DNA of 61,589 bases, the filler included, from Deltaproteobacteria bacterium (GTDB lineage Bacteria > JAEEML01), in the NCBI GenBank assembly GCA_016283195.1. It is 7 parts of 7 records of this genome, joined end to end, with 100 filler letters (N's around TTAATTAATTAA, not from the genome) between each part and the next. Parts side by side here need not be neighbours in the genome. Positions count along the whole stretch, not along the records: positions 15,286 to 32,179 come from JAEEML010000065.1; 6 more parts are not named here. One strand, written 5' to 3'. Within the stretch, counting starts at the first letter, position 1, and each line of letters opens with the position of its first letter. This document shows, in pieces, positions 20,472-28,977 of the stretch. Made by a program: the position numbers and the translations under genes. The notes under the pieces were generated by a model. It ran no database searches. It was not told where the DNA came from and was given only the letters and a program-made list of their open reading frames with translations.

Positions 20472-21938
20472 CTACTGCCCCGGCAGGGTAAAAGGCCTCA
20501 ACGGCTCCCGGCCGCTACCGGCCAAAGCGCGATATGGCAACAATTTTTCATCATCTTCATCGGCACTTATGAGGTAGCTCTTCATTTCCGCATAGCGCTT
20601 TTCTTTGGCCAAAAGTTCCATGAGCAGATAGAGCGGCTCGCCGTGTGCGCCCAGAATATCAACCGCTTGCCGCGCCTCATCCAGAGCCACAGCGGGCTTT
20701 TTACGCATAAAAGTGAGCCACCGGGCATAGTGATAAGCTATTTGCCCGGATTCATTCATAGTTTTGGCAAGTTCGGCCCAGAGTTCCAGCCCTTCGCTAT
20801 AGGCACCGTAGAGCATGAGCTCATCACCAAAAGTAATGTAATCTGAGAGAAGCGGCACCCTGTTTTCGGCCCGCAATTTGGCCGCTTTTAAAGAATCCGG
20901 CGGCGAAAATTCCAGGGAGTTTTTAGCTTTTTGGCACCAGGGAGCGTATAATTCGGCTAGCGGCAAAGGCACGCGGCAAGAGAGAACATACTGATAAAAT
21001 CCCTTTAAATATATGTAGTTACTGGAGGTGATTATTACACCATCCATCTCATATTGCTCGCTATTTTCTTTAAAATGGAGCTCCTCGTCAGTCACTCCGT
21101 CAGCCAAAAGGCGGCTCTCCAAATAAATGGTCACTCCCAAACTGTTTTGCAGCGCAAAAGCCTCCCCCTTTGGCAAAGATGCCTTTTCAATAAGCCAGCC
21201 GCTGGGAGCCATAAAGGTTACACCGTAGTGGGAATCCGCAAAAAGATAAGCCTTAGTAACCAAAATCTTGGGCACCATAAGCGGGATCAAAATAAGCCCT
21301 AAAACCAAAAACAGCCATTTTAATCTCTGATGTGTAGCCAGGCCAGCCGGGTGACACACAATAAAAAGCCGGCCACAAATAAACCCCGCGCCAAGCCCGC
21401 CGATATGGGCCAAAACGGAAACCCCGCCGCTTTTAAGACCAGCCAGGAGCAAAAGCAGCGTATAAATTGGCAAAATTATAAAAAGCAAACGCCGGTACCC
21501 CGGTTTGATATTGCGCCGATAGCGGTAACAAATAACTATCGTTGCCGCAAGGGCCGCAAAAATAAGGCCGGAAGCGCCATAAGTCACCGCTGCCCGGTCG
21601 CTAAGAGCCGCCAGCATGGCACTAAGCGCCCCAAAAGCATAAATAAAAAGCAAATCCAGGCGATAAAAAAAGAGCTCGCAAATAGTGCCAATAATAAGCA
21701 GAAGAGCCACATTGCCCCAAAGATGAAGCGGCGATTCGTGCAAAAAATTGGCTACTATGAGCCGTGAGCCTTCGCCGCTATCGGCAATAATTTGAGCCGA
21801 CGAAGCGCCCATAGCCGCCAGCTCCTCAAGCGAAAAGCGACCGCCCCCCTCCCCAAGATAATAGGCCAGCAGCAAACTAAGCACTAAAGCTGCTGTGAGC
21901 CCGGGAAAACGCATATTAGGTAATAACAAACGGCCCAT
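20472..21938 (-). CDS. Rhomboid-family intramembrane serine protease with C-terminal soluble domain
   Basis: FLH..PLHLWGN, GASG, AHIGGLGAG motifs. Confidence 0.88.
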   Translation of the reverse strand: MGRLLLPNMRFPGLTAALVLSLLLAYYLGEGGGRFSLEELAAMGASSAQIIADSGEGSRLIVANFLHESPLHLWGNVALLLIIGTICELFFYRLDLLFIYAFGALSAMLAALSDRAAVTYGASGLIFAALAATIVICYRYRRNIKPGYRRLLFIILPIYTLLLLLAGLKSGGVSVLAHIGGLGAGFICGRLFIVCHPAGLATHQRLKWLFLVLGLILIPLMVPKILVTKAYLFADSHYGVTFMAPSGWLIEKASLPKGEAFALQNSLGVTIYLESRLLADGVTDEELHFKENSEQYEMDGVIITSSNYIYLKGFYQYVLSCRVPLPLAELYAPWCQKAKNSLEFSPPDSLKAAKLRAENRVPLLSDYITFGDELMLYGAYSEGLELWAELAKTMNESGQIAYHYARWLTFMRKKPAVALDEARQAVDILGAHGEPLYLLMELLAKEKRYAEMKSYLISADEDDEKLLPYRALAGSGREPLRPFTLPGQ

Positions 21939-21985
21939 ATATCTCCATAAACAGTAGCCGGCCTTTGTAATCTAAACCGCTGGCG

Positions 21986-23122
21986 CTACCGGCCTATTCT
22001 AGCCCGCCCATATTCCACATAAAAACCAAAATTAAACTCTATCCGCCCATGGTCATCAAGAAGCGCTGCCGGCGGATTGGGAAAGGGAGCAGCCCGCTTA
22101 AAAGCGGCGAGAGCCTCATCATCAAGCGCAAAAACTCCGCTCTGGCGCACAATCCTGGCATCCAAAAGCGCGCCCTTTTCGTTTAAAACCACACCGATTA
22201 CCGTTTCCCTATCTTTGTAACCATACAAATTGCCGGTGGGATCGCGCGTTTCCAAAATGCTCTGCGGATACCAATTTTGGCTGACTTTTTGATGTAATCT
22301 ATTGAAAAAGCTGGCATATTTAAATTCACGGCTATTAAGAAATGTGCCATCGCCCTCTTCCACATCAGGCAAATAATTATTAGCCGGCGAACCGAGGATT
22401 TCAGCCAGCTCTTTAGTCGTGGGCAGCAATTTCAGGCCATTGGCACCATCCAAAAAGCCAAGTGATTGTTCGCCCTCCCGTGGCGGCAGTGTCCGCGTTG
22501 GCTTTAATTTCAAGCGATAAGGATTAGACTTAGCCTGCTCCTCTTTTTTATTCTCCGTACCATCGGCAGTTTCTTTAAGAGCCAGCTGACCAGCGGCGCT
22601 GGGAACATTAACGGTCTGCTCTTTAGCCTTTAAGTTTTGCTCTTTATTTTCTTGCAGTTTCTTAGCTAACTGCGAACCTTTCGGGCGAGGCATTTCTTTT
22701 TGCCGCGACGGCCTGTTGGCGGCTTTTTTATAATCTTTATCCATTTCCCGCGCCTTGGTCTCTTTATCGGTGCGGGTATTATATTCCGATAAATATTTGG
22801 CCTCCTCCGGCGGGCGATTATCCGGGCTTGGCGGCAGGTCAACTATTTGTTTATCAAGCTTTTTTATATCAAACTTCTCTTCTTCTTTTTTCTTTTTTCG
22901 CACCTCGCGCGCACCTTGCGGTTTTTTTTGGGGGGTGCGGCTACTGTGCGTCAAAGCGCCTTTTGGTACTTTTATATGCTGGATTTTTAGCGGAGCCTTG
23001 GGCGGTTTTTGCCAGGCAAACTCATTAAGGAACAAAAGAGCGGCGCCATGGAAACAAATAACCAGAGCAGCAATAAAAAGCGTGCGCCAGAATTTGTCGC
23101 TTTTTTGCTCTTTATCCAGCAT
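21986..23122 (-). CDS. TonB-family protein (TonB C-terminal domain)
   Basis: Single N-terminal TM with FHG, Lys/Pro-rich linker, SGVFALDDEALAAFKRAAPFPNPP. Confidence 0.85.
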   Translation of the reverse strand: MLDKEQKSDKFWRTLFIAALVICFHGAALLFLNEFAWQKPPKAPLKIQHIKVPKGALTHSSRTPQKKPQGAREVRKKKKEEEKFDIKKLDKQIVDLPPSPDNRPPEEAKYLSEYNTRTDKETKAREMDKDYKKAANRPSRQKEMPRPKGSQLAKKLQENKEQNLKAKEQTVNVPSAAGQLALKETADGTENKKEEQAKSNPYRLKLKPTRTLPPREGEQSLGFLDGANGLKLLPTTKELAEILGSPANNYLPDVEEGDGTFLNSREFKYASFFNRLHQKVSQNWYPQSILETRDPTGNLYGYKDRETVIGVVLNEKGALLDARIVRQSGVFALDDEALAAFKRAAPFPNPPAALLDDHGRIEFNFGFYVEYGRARIGR

Positions 23123-23127
23123 AGCGC

Positions 23128-23850
23128 TTATTCTCCACCGGCAGTAAGCTCGGCAAAATTCCAAGGAATTTTAGTAGTCAGATAGAGCTTTTTACCGCTA
23201 AGCGGATTAACAAAATCAAGAGCCAGAGCGTGCAAATAAAGACGCCCGGCCCACTTTGGTTTCACATTGGTATTATAAATTTCATCGCCCACAATAGGGT
23301 AACCGGCTTCGGCCAAATGGGCTCTTATCTGATGGCGAAAACCGCGGCGGATTACAACTTCAACTTCGCAAAATTCTTTCTCTTTTTGGCGCAGGGCAAA
23401 ATCACTTTTATATATTTCGCCGCTGCATTTTCGCCCGTGAGACTGATTTTTTGGGCTATAAACCACCTTCACCCGCGAGCCCCCTTTGCCGGCACGCATA
23501 AAATAGCTGGCAATATATGGCGGCAATTTGGCCGCTGTAGCCGCTTTATCGGTAATGGCCAAATATGTTTTTGCCACCGCTTCGGCAGCCAAAATCTCCC
23601 GCATAGCCGCAAAAGATTCATTGCTCTTGGCCAATAGCAAAAGGCCGGATGTAGCAAAATCAAGGCGATGCAAAATAGCCGGCTCCCAAGGGTGCCACCC
23701 AGCCACCCGGCCAAGTTCCGGGCGCATTTCCAGAATCATATCCAGCATAGTGGCTTCCGAAGATGGTGTGGCATTTGGGGCACTATGAATCCCCGGCGGC
23801 TTTTCCAGCGCCAAAAGATCATTATCTTCGTATATAACGGAGAGCTCCAT
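23128..23850 (-). CDS. RluA-family pseudouridine synthase
   Basis: KPPG, HRLDFATSG, GFRHQIRAH, IVGD.IY, LHA. Confidence 0.92.
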   Translation of the reverse strand: MELSVIYEDNDLLALEKPPGIHSAPNATPSSEATMLDMILEMRPELGRVAGWHPWEPAILHRLDFATSGLLLLAKSNESFAAMREILAAEAVAKTYLAITDKAATAAKLPPYIASYFMRAGKGGSRVKVVYSPKNQSHGRKCSGEIYKSDFALRQKEKEFCEVEVVIRRGFRHQIRAHLAEAGYPIVGDEIYNTNVKPKWAGRLYLHALALDFVNPLSGKKLYLTTKIPWNFAELTAGGE

Positions 23851-23952
23851 AACCTCACCAGTCCGGCAAAAATGCCGCCGGAATTATAACACAGTAGCAG
23901 CATTTTTTATGCCCAAATATTGGATGATTTTTCTGAGCGGCAATCCAGCGCC

Positions 23953-25293
23953 TTATTTAACAGCCTTAGGGGCCAAAGTAGGCTGCGGATGAAATTCTAT
24001 GCGCGTCCCAAATTCTTTGTTGATCTCTTCCACTAAAAGCGGCGTTTTTTGATCATCCTGCCGCTTGGCTTTAAATTCAGGCGAGAGAGCCATTTGCCGC
24101 CCGCTATCATCGGCATCTAAAAAGCGATTGACGAAATCAGGCCATAAAAACATAGGCATATCGCTCATAATTGAATCGCCATAAGCCGCCATTGGCAGCC
24201 CGTTTATCTCTTCGGCAATAGAGAGCACTTCCTCGTGTTTAATACTGAAAATATTGCGTTTGCAAAAGCCCAAAGAGCGCCCTTCTTCATCGTAAGCCAA
24301 AACAGAAGCACGCACATGCTCGCGCGGAAGCCCCAAATAAGTGGCCCCTTCTGCGGCCAAAAAATCCAGGCCGGCCGAAATAGCCCAGCCATCTATCCCC
24401 TGCTCCTGAAAATAGACATAAAGCGAACGCTGCTCGCCATAAACACGCTCTTTAAAGGGGCGGCCATAGCCCTCTGTCTCATAGCCGTTCTCAAAAAAAT
24501 CATGAATAAATACATCAAGTTCAGCGCGTGTGTAGCCAAAAGTAGTGGCCGCTAATAAATTAAAAAGTGTAAGCCCGTCAATAGAATCATCCTTTAAATG
24601 GCGGTTATAAGCCCAGGCCAAAAGCTCAAGGGATGTTTTTTGCCTCAGCGCTTCTGCCGCTTCCGGCGCCTCCTTTTGCAGATATTTCTCCAAAATTTTC
24701 AGCATCATGGTGTTATCAGGCAACCTGATGAGATTATTCTTCAGGACATAGCCCAAATAAACATTACTCACATCACCGGTCCAGGAGGTATTATCGAGGT
24801 CAGTTACAAAAAATGGTTTAATTTCAAGAAGTTTATACATTCCAAGGTCTAATTGAATAGCCTCATCAGCTCCGGTTTTCGCTGGCTCCAACAAAAGCGC
24901 CGCCTTAGCTTTAAGCATTTTGGCAAACATAGTGAGGCGCTGCCTGAGCTGCACCCGCTCTGCTCTGTTTAGGGGCGGCAAATCACCATTTGCGAGGAGG
25001 GTTTTTAAATAAGCGAAAACATCGCTCTCCTTTAAATTTTTTCCCTCGGCGGTTGGTGCCGGCAAGTTAGCCAGCCAGGCCAATGCCGCAGCAACTTTTT
25101 GCATATCCTTCTCATCAAAGCGCCCATTAGCGTCTATATCGAGGTCGGCCGGCTGATAAACAAAATAAGTGCTGTCCGGCTGCCTAAGGGGGATAACCGG
25201 CCCGGCCACAGGATTCAAAGGGGCACTGCCCCCGCACGAAGAGAGGCCAAGAGCTAAAAAGAGAAGAGAAGTTATAAACTTTTTATTTCGCAT
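23953..25293 (-). CDS. Lipoprotein with HAD-superfamily hydrolase domain
   Basis: Lipobox LSSC; DLDNT (motif I), ISAG (II), K (III), YGDSIMSD (IV). Confidence 0.75.
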   Translation of the reverse strand: MRNKKFITSLLFLALGLSSCGGSAPLNPVAGPVIPLRQPDSTYFVYQPADLDIDANGRFDEKDMQKVAAALAWLANLPAPTAEGKNLKESDVFAYLKTLLANGDLPPLNRAERVQLRQRLTMFAKMLKAKAALLLEPAKTGADEAIQLDLGMYKLLEIKPFFVTDLDNTSWTGDVSNVYLGYVLKNNLIRLPDNTMMLKILEKYLQKEAPEAAEALRQKTSLELLAWAYNRHLKDDSIDGLTLFNLLAATTFGYTRAELDVFIHDFFENGYETEGYGRPFKERVYGEQRSLYVYFQEQGIDGWAISAGLDFLAAEGATYLGLPREHVRASVLAYDEEGRSLGFCKRNIFSIKHEEVLSIAEEINGLPMAAYGDSIMSDMPMFLWPDFVNRFLDADDSGRQMALSPEFKAKRQDDQKTPLLVEEINKEFGTRIEFHPQPTLAPKAVK

Positions 25294-25490
25294 CGCACAC
25301 CGATATTTCTATGATAATAGTGCTCTTTTTGTTTGAGGCACCAACATGGGCTTTCTTTTAGCACACATTTAAGATTAAAGTCTATTTTATAAGAAAAAAT
25401 TACTAGCCAAGCCCCTTTTATTGGTGTAGATATAGTGACGTGTTTTTAAACGTTCTCCAACGGTGTTGGAGCAATAATAAGGAGTTTACA

Positions 25491-25763
25491 ATGAGAAAGA
25501 TTCGCCAAATGATGATGAAATTACGCAAAAACAAACTGGGCCAGGGTATGACGGAATATATCATCATCGTGGCGCTCATCGCCATTGCCGCTATCACCGT
25601 TATCTCTGTCTTTGGCGACAACCTGCGTGCCCAATTTGGTAACGCTGCCAGTGCTTTGGGCGGCGGAAATGGTGATGTTAACACCACCAATGATAGTGTT
25701 GGTGTTAGAGAACATGTAAATATGAGCAATTTCGGCGAAGGTACTGCAGACGGTGATTTATAA
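25491..25763 (+). CDS. flp: Flp/Fap (type IVc/Tad) pilin
   Basis: TAAGGAG RBS; basic leader, G|QGMTEY cleavage motif, hydrophobic helix, FG. Confidence 0.9.
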   Translation: MRKIRQMMMKLRKNKLGQGMTEYIIIVALIAIAAITVISVFGDNLRAQFGNAASALGGGNGDVNTTNDSVGVREHVNMSNFGEGTADGDL

Positions 25764-25784
25764 TCTGGTGCCTTGTTTATCCTA

Positions 25785-26342
25785 ATGCTCCAATATTTTT
25801 CCCCTATCTACGCCGCGCCTTGGGTGGCATGGATAGTCTCTTCTCTCATTATAATAGTCTCAGGCATAGCTCTTTACTTTGACCTGCGCTGGCGCATTAT
25901 ACCCAACTGGCTCACTTACGGCGCTCTCTTTACCGGGCTATTATTAAACGGCGTCTTGGCCGGCGGCGGCGGGCTTATTTCTGCCTTAATGGGCATGGTT
26001 GCCGCCTCAGCCGTTTTTTTGCCCCTCTTTTTTATGGGCGGCTTTGGCGGCGGCGATGTCAAACTCATGGCCGCTCTGGGAGCCATCGGCGGCTGTCAGC
26101 TAGCCTGCAATATTTTGCTTATTACAGCCATAACCGGCGGTTTTTTGGGCCTTTTGCAGGTTATTTTTAAAGGAGCTTTCCGGCAAATTTTTCATCGTCT
26201 TTTTTTGCTTGTAACTTGGCAGAAAAAAGCCTTAAATAGCGCCGCACCGGAGCAACAGCTCTCGATGCCCTACGGCCTGGCCATCGCTTTGGGATGCCTA
26301 GCCACAGTTATTTTGCAATACACAGGTAACTTGCTAATTTAA
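25785..26342 (+). CDS. cpaA: Prepilin peptidase, A24 family (CpaA/TadV)
   Basis: DLRWRIIPNWL, GGGDVKLMAALG, MPYGLAI; directly after flp. Confidence 0.88.
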   Translation: MLQYFSPIYAAPWVAWIVSSLIIIVSGIALYFDLRWRIIPNWLTYGALFTGLLLNGVLAGGGGLISALMGMVAASAVFLPLFFMGGFGGGDVKLMAALGAIGGCQLACNILLITAITGGFLGLLQVIFKGAFRQIFHRLFLLVTWQKKALNSAAPEQQLSMPYGLAIALGCLATVILQYTGNLLI

Positions 26343-26361
26343 TTAGTTTATGGAGAATATC

Positions 26362-27525
26362 ATGTCTAACGGTAATTTTATTTTTACTTCCGAATCAGTA
26401 ACCGAGGGTCACCCGGATAAAGTGGCCGACCAAATTTCCGATGCCGTGCTCGATGCCATTTTGGCCGCCGACCCCAATGGGCGCGTGGCCTGCGAAACCC
26501 TGGTTAAAACCGGCATGGCTATAATCGCCGGCGAGATTACCACCAGCACCTATGTGCATTTGCCGGATATTGTGCGCAAAACCATCACCGATATCGGCTA
26601 CAACAGCTCCGATGTGGGCTTTGACGGCCAAACCTGCGCCGTTATGTCGGCCATTGAGCGCCAGTCGCCGGATATCGCTATGGGTGTTGACTCCTCAGCC
26701 ACTCACGCCCAGGGAGCCGGCGATCAGGGTATGATGTTTGGCTTTGCCGTTAACGATACGCCGGAGCTCATGCCAGCGCCTATTCATTATGCTCATCTTT
26801 TAACCAAGCAGCTGGCTTTTGTGCGCAAGAATAATCGCTTGAAATTTTTGCGCCCCGATGGCAAATCGCAAGTAACCATGCGCTACGAAAACTGGAAGCC
26901 GGTCTATGTCGATACCGTGGTTATCTCGTCGCAACACGACCCCGATATTTCTCATGCCGAGCTGAAAGAGGCCATCATCGAAGAAGTTATCAAAGTGGCC
27001 ATTCCCGAGCATCTTTTGACGCCTAAAACCAAGTTTTTGGTTAACCCCACCGGCCGCTTCGTTATGGGCGGGCCGGAGGCCGATGCCGGTGTCACCGGGC
27101 GCAAAATCATTGTAGATACTTACGGCGGCTTTGCCCGCCACGGCGGCGGCGCTTTTTCCGGCAAAGATCCTTCCAAAGTTGACCGCAGCGCCGCCTATTA
27201 TGCCCGCTATATAGCCAAAAATATCGTAGCCGCCAAATTGGCCGATAAATGCGAAGTACAGCTGGCTTATGCCATCGGCGTAGCCGACCCGGTCTCCATC
27301 ATGGTGGACACCTTTAATACCGAAAAAGCGCCGGTCGCTAAAATTATCGAAGCTGTGCGCAAATATTTCCCGGCCCAGCCGCGGCAAATCATTGAGCAGC
27401 TCGATCTTTTGCGCCCTATTTATTCCAAAACCGCCGCTTATGGCCACTTTGGGCGCTCTGAGCCGGAATTTACCTGGGAAAAAACCGATAAAGCCGAGAT
27501 TCTGGCTGCCGAATTCAACCTCTGA
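26362..27525 (+). CDS. metK: S-adenosylmethionine synthetase
   Basis: [39 protein letters not shown]. Confidence 0.99.
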   Translation: MSNGNFIFTSESVTEGHPDKVADQISDAVLDAILAADPNGRVACETLVKTGMAIIAGEITTSTYVHLPDIVRKTITDIGYNSSDVGFDGQTCAVMSAIERQSPDIAMGVDSSATHAQGAGDQGMMFGFAVNDTPELMPAPIHYAHLLTKQLAFVRKNNRLKFLRPDGKSQVTMRYENWKPVYVDTVVISSQHDPDISHAELKEAIIEEVIKVAIPEHLLTPKTKFLVNPTGRFVMGGPEADAGVTGRKIIVDTYGGFARHGGGAFSGKDPSKVDRSAAYYARYIAKNIVAAKLADKCEVQLAYAIGVADPVSIMVDTFNTEKAPVAKIIEAVRKYFPAQPRQIIEQLDLLRPIYSKTAAYGHFGRSEPEFTWEKTDKAEILAAEFNL

Positions 27526-27543
27526 CAGGTTCTGGGCTTATTC

Positions 27544-28368
27544 ATGGAAATAGCGCCTCTTTATGCCCTCATTTTGGGGCTTATTCAGGGATTAACCGAG
27601 TTTTTGCCTGTCTCCAGCAGCGGCCACTTGGTTATTGCCCAGCAGTTTCTCGGCCTAAAAGAGCCTAATCTGCTCTTTGATACTTGGCTACACTTCGCCA
27701 CACTTATTGCCGTGTGTTTTTTCTATCGCCGCGATATTATAGATATTTTAAAAGATCTATGGTCACAGGCTAAAGCTGCTTTAGGCAAAAAGAGCGATGC
27801 ATTTTCCCCGGATAGGCCGGCAATACTTGGCTGGCTGGTAGTTTTGGCTTCCGTACCCACTGCGCTTATCGGCTTTTTGGCCAAAGATTATTTTGAGGAG
27901 CTATTTGGCTCAACGCACTCTGTAGCAGTTGCCCTTTTAATTACCGCTACCCTGCTCATTGCCACCAAGTTTATCAAAACTCAGGACAAAGGGCTCACCT
28001 GGTGGAAAGCGCTCCTGATTGGCCTCATTCAGGGCCTCGCCATCACTCCGGGCATCAGCCGCAGCGGCAGTACCATTGCCCTCGCTCTATTTTTGGGCAT
28101 AAGTGCGACAAAGAGTGCCCGTTTTAGCTTTTTGCTTTCAATTCCTGCCATTTGCGGCGCCCTGCTCTTGCAGGTTTTGCACCTTGGGTCCGCTGATTTG
28201 ACTCTGTTACAAAATAGCTGGCCGGCCCTTGCTCTTGGCTTTGTGGCGGCTATGGCTTCCGGCCTTTTGGCGCTTATTTTACTGGTAAAATTGCTTAAAG
28301 CACAAAAGTTCTATCTTTTTGCCCCCTATTTGGTCATAATCGCCACCGTAACTTTAGTCATGCTCTAA
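27544..28368 (+). CDS. uppP: Undecaprenyl-diphosphate phosphatase
   Basis: QGLTEFLPVSSSGH and PGISRSGST. Confidence 0.96.
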   Translation: MEIAPLYALILGLIQGLTEFLPVSSSGHLVIAQQFLGLKEPNLLFDTWLHFATLIAVCFFYRRDIIDILKDLWSQAKAALGKKSDAFSPDRPAILGWLVVLASVPTALIGFLAKDYFEELFGSTHSVAVALLITATLLIATKFIKTQDKGLTWWKALLIGLIQGLAITPGISRSGSTIALALFLGISATKSARFSFLLSIPAICGALLLQVLHLGSADLTLLQNSWPALALGFVAAMASGLLALILLVKLLKAQKFYLFAPYLVIIATVTLVML

Positions 28369-28392
28369 AGATTACAAATGCGGAGTTAATTA

Positions 28393-28932
28393 ATGAATGA
28401 GCAGGAATTAATAGCTAAATATGACATCAGCAAAACTCTAAGCGACCGTCTGCTGCGTAAAACCACCATTACTCTTGATGAAGTTGGCGACAGATTGGTG
28501 GAATTCATGCTGGATTTACACACCCTCTCCGATAATGATCGAGAGGCCTTTTGCAAAAAATATGTCACCCATGATTTAGCTGTTAAAGAGCAAGAGTTTT
28601 TTACTCTTTATTCACGGCTTTTAACCGCCAACAAAAGAGCGGCTTCTTCACCACTTAAGCCAATGACTTTAAATGGTTTTCTCTTGGTTTGGGATAATGG
28701 CGGCCGCGGTGGGGAAAATAAAGACCAGACTTTACAGCTGGGCGAGCTGGTGCAATATAACGGCCTTTATGACTTTTTACTTGATCTTTTTGCTCTTAGC
28801 GAGGCGGATCAGCTACATATTGAAAACATCCTCTCCGATGTCTCTAAAAAGTTTTGTAAGCCCGTCTTTGCCATGGTCAGAGAGATGAAAGCGGCCGGTA
28901 AACTGAATAACCTGCCACCATTTTATCTCTAA
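28393..28932 (+). CDS. Hypothetical protein
   Basis: 179-aa ORF with GGAG RBS, co-oriented in the operon; no family recognised. Confidence 0.6.
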   Translation: MNEQELIAKYDISKTLSDRLLRKTTITLDEVGDRLVEFMLDLHTLSDNDREAFCKKYVTHDLAVKEQEFFTLYSRLLTANKRAASSPLKPMTLNGFLLVWDNGGRGGENKDQTLQLGELVQYNGLYDFLLDLFALSEADQLHIENILSDVSKKFCKPVFAMVREMKAAGKLNNLPPFYL

Positions 28933-28977
28933 TTTTTTTAGCTTTATTTTTTAGATAAAAACACACAGAGGTCTATT

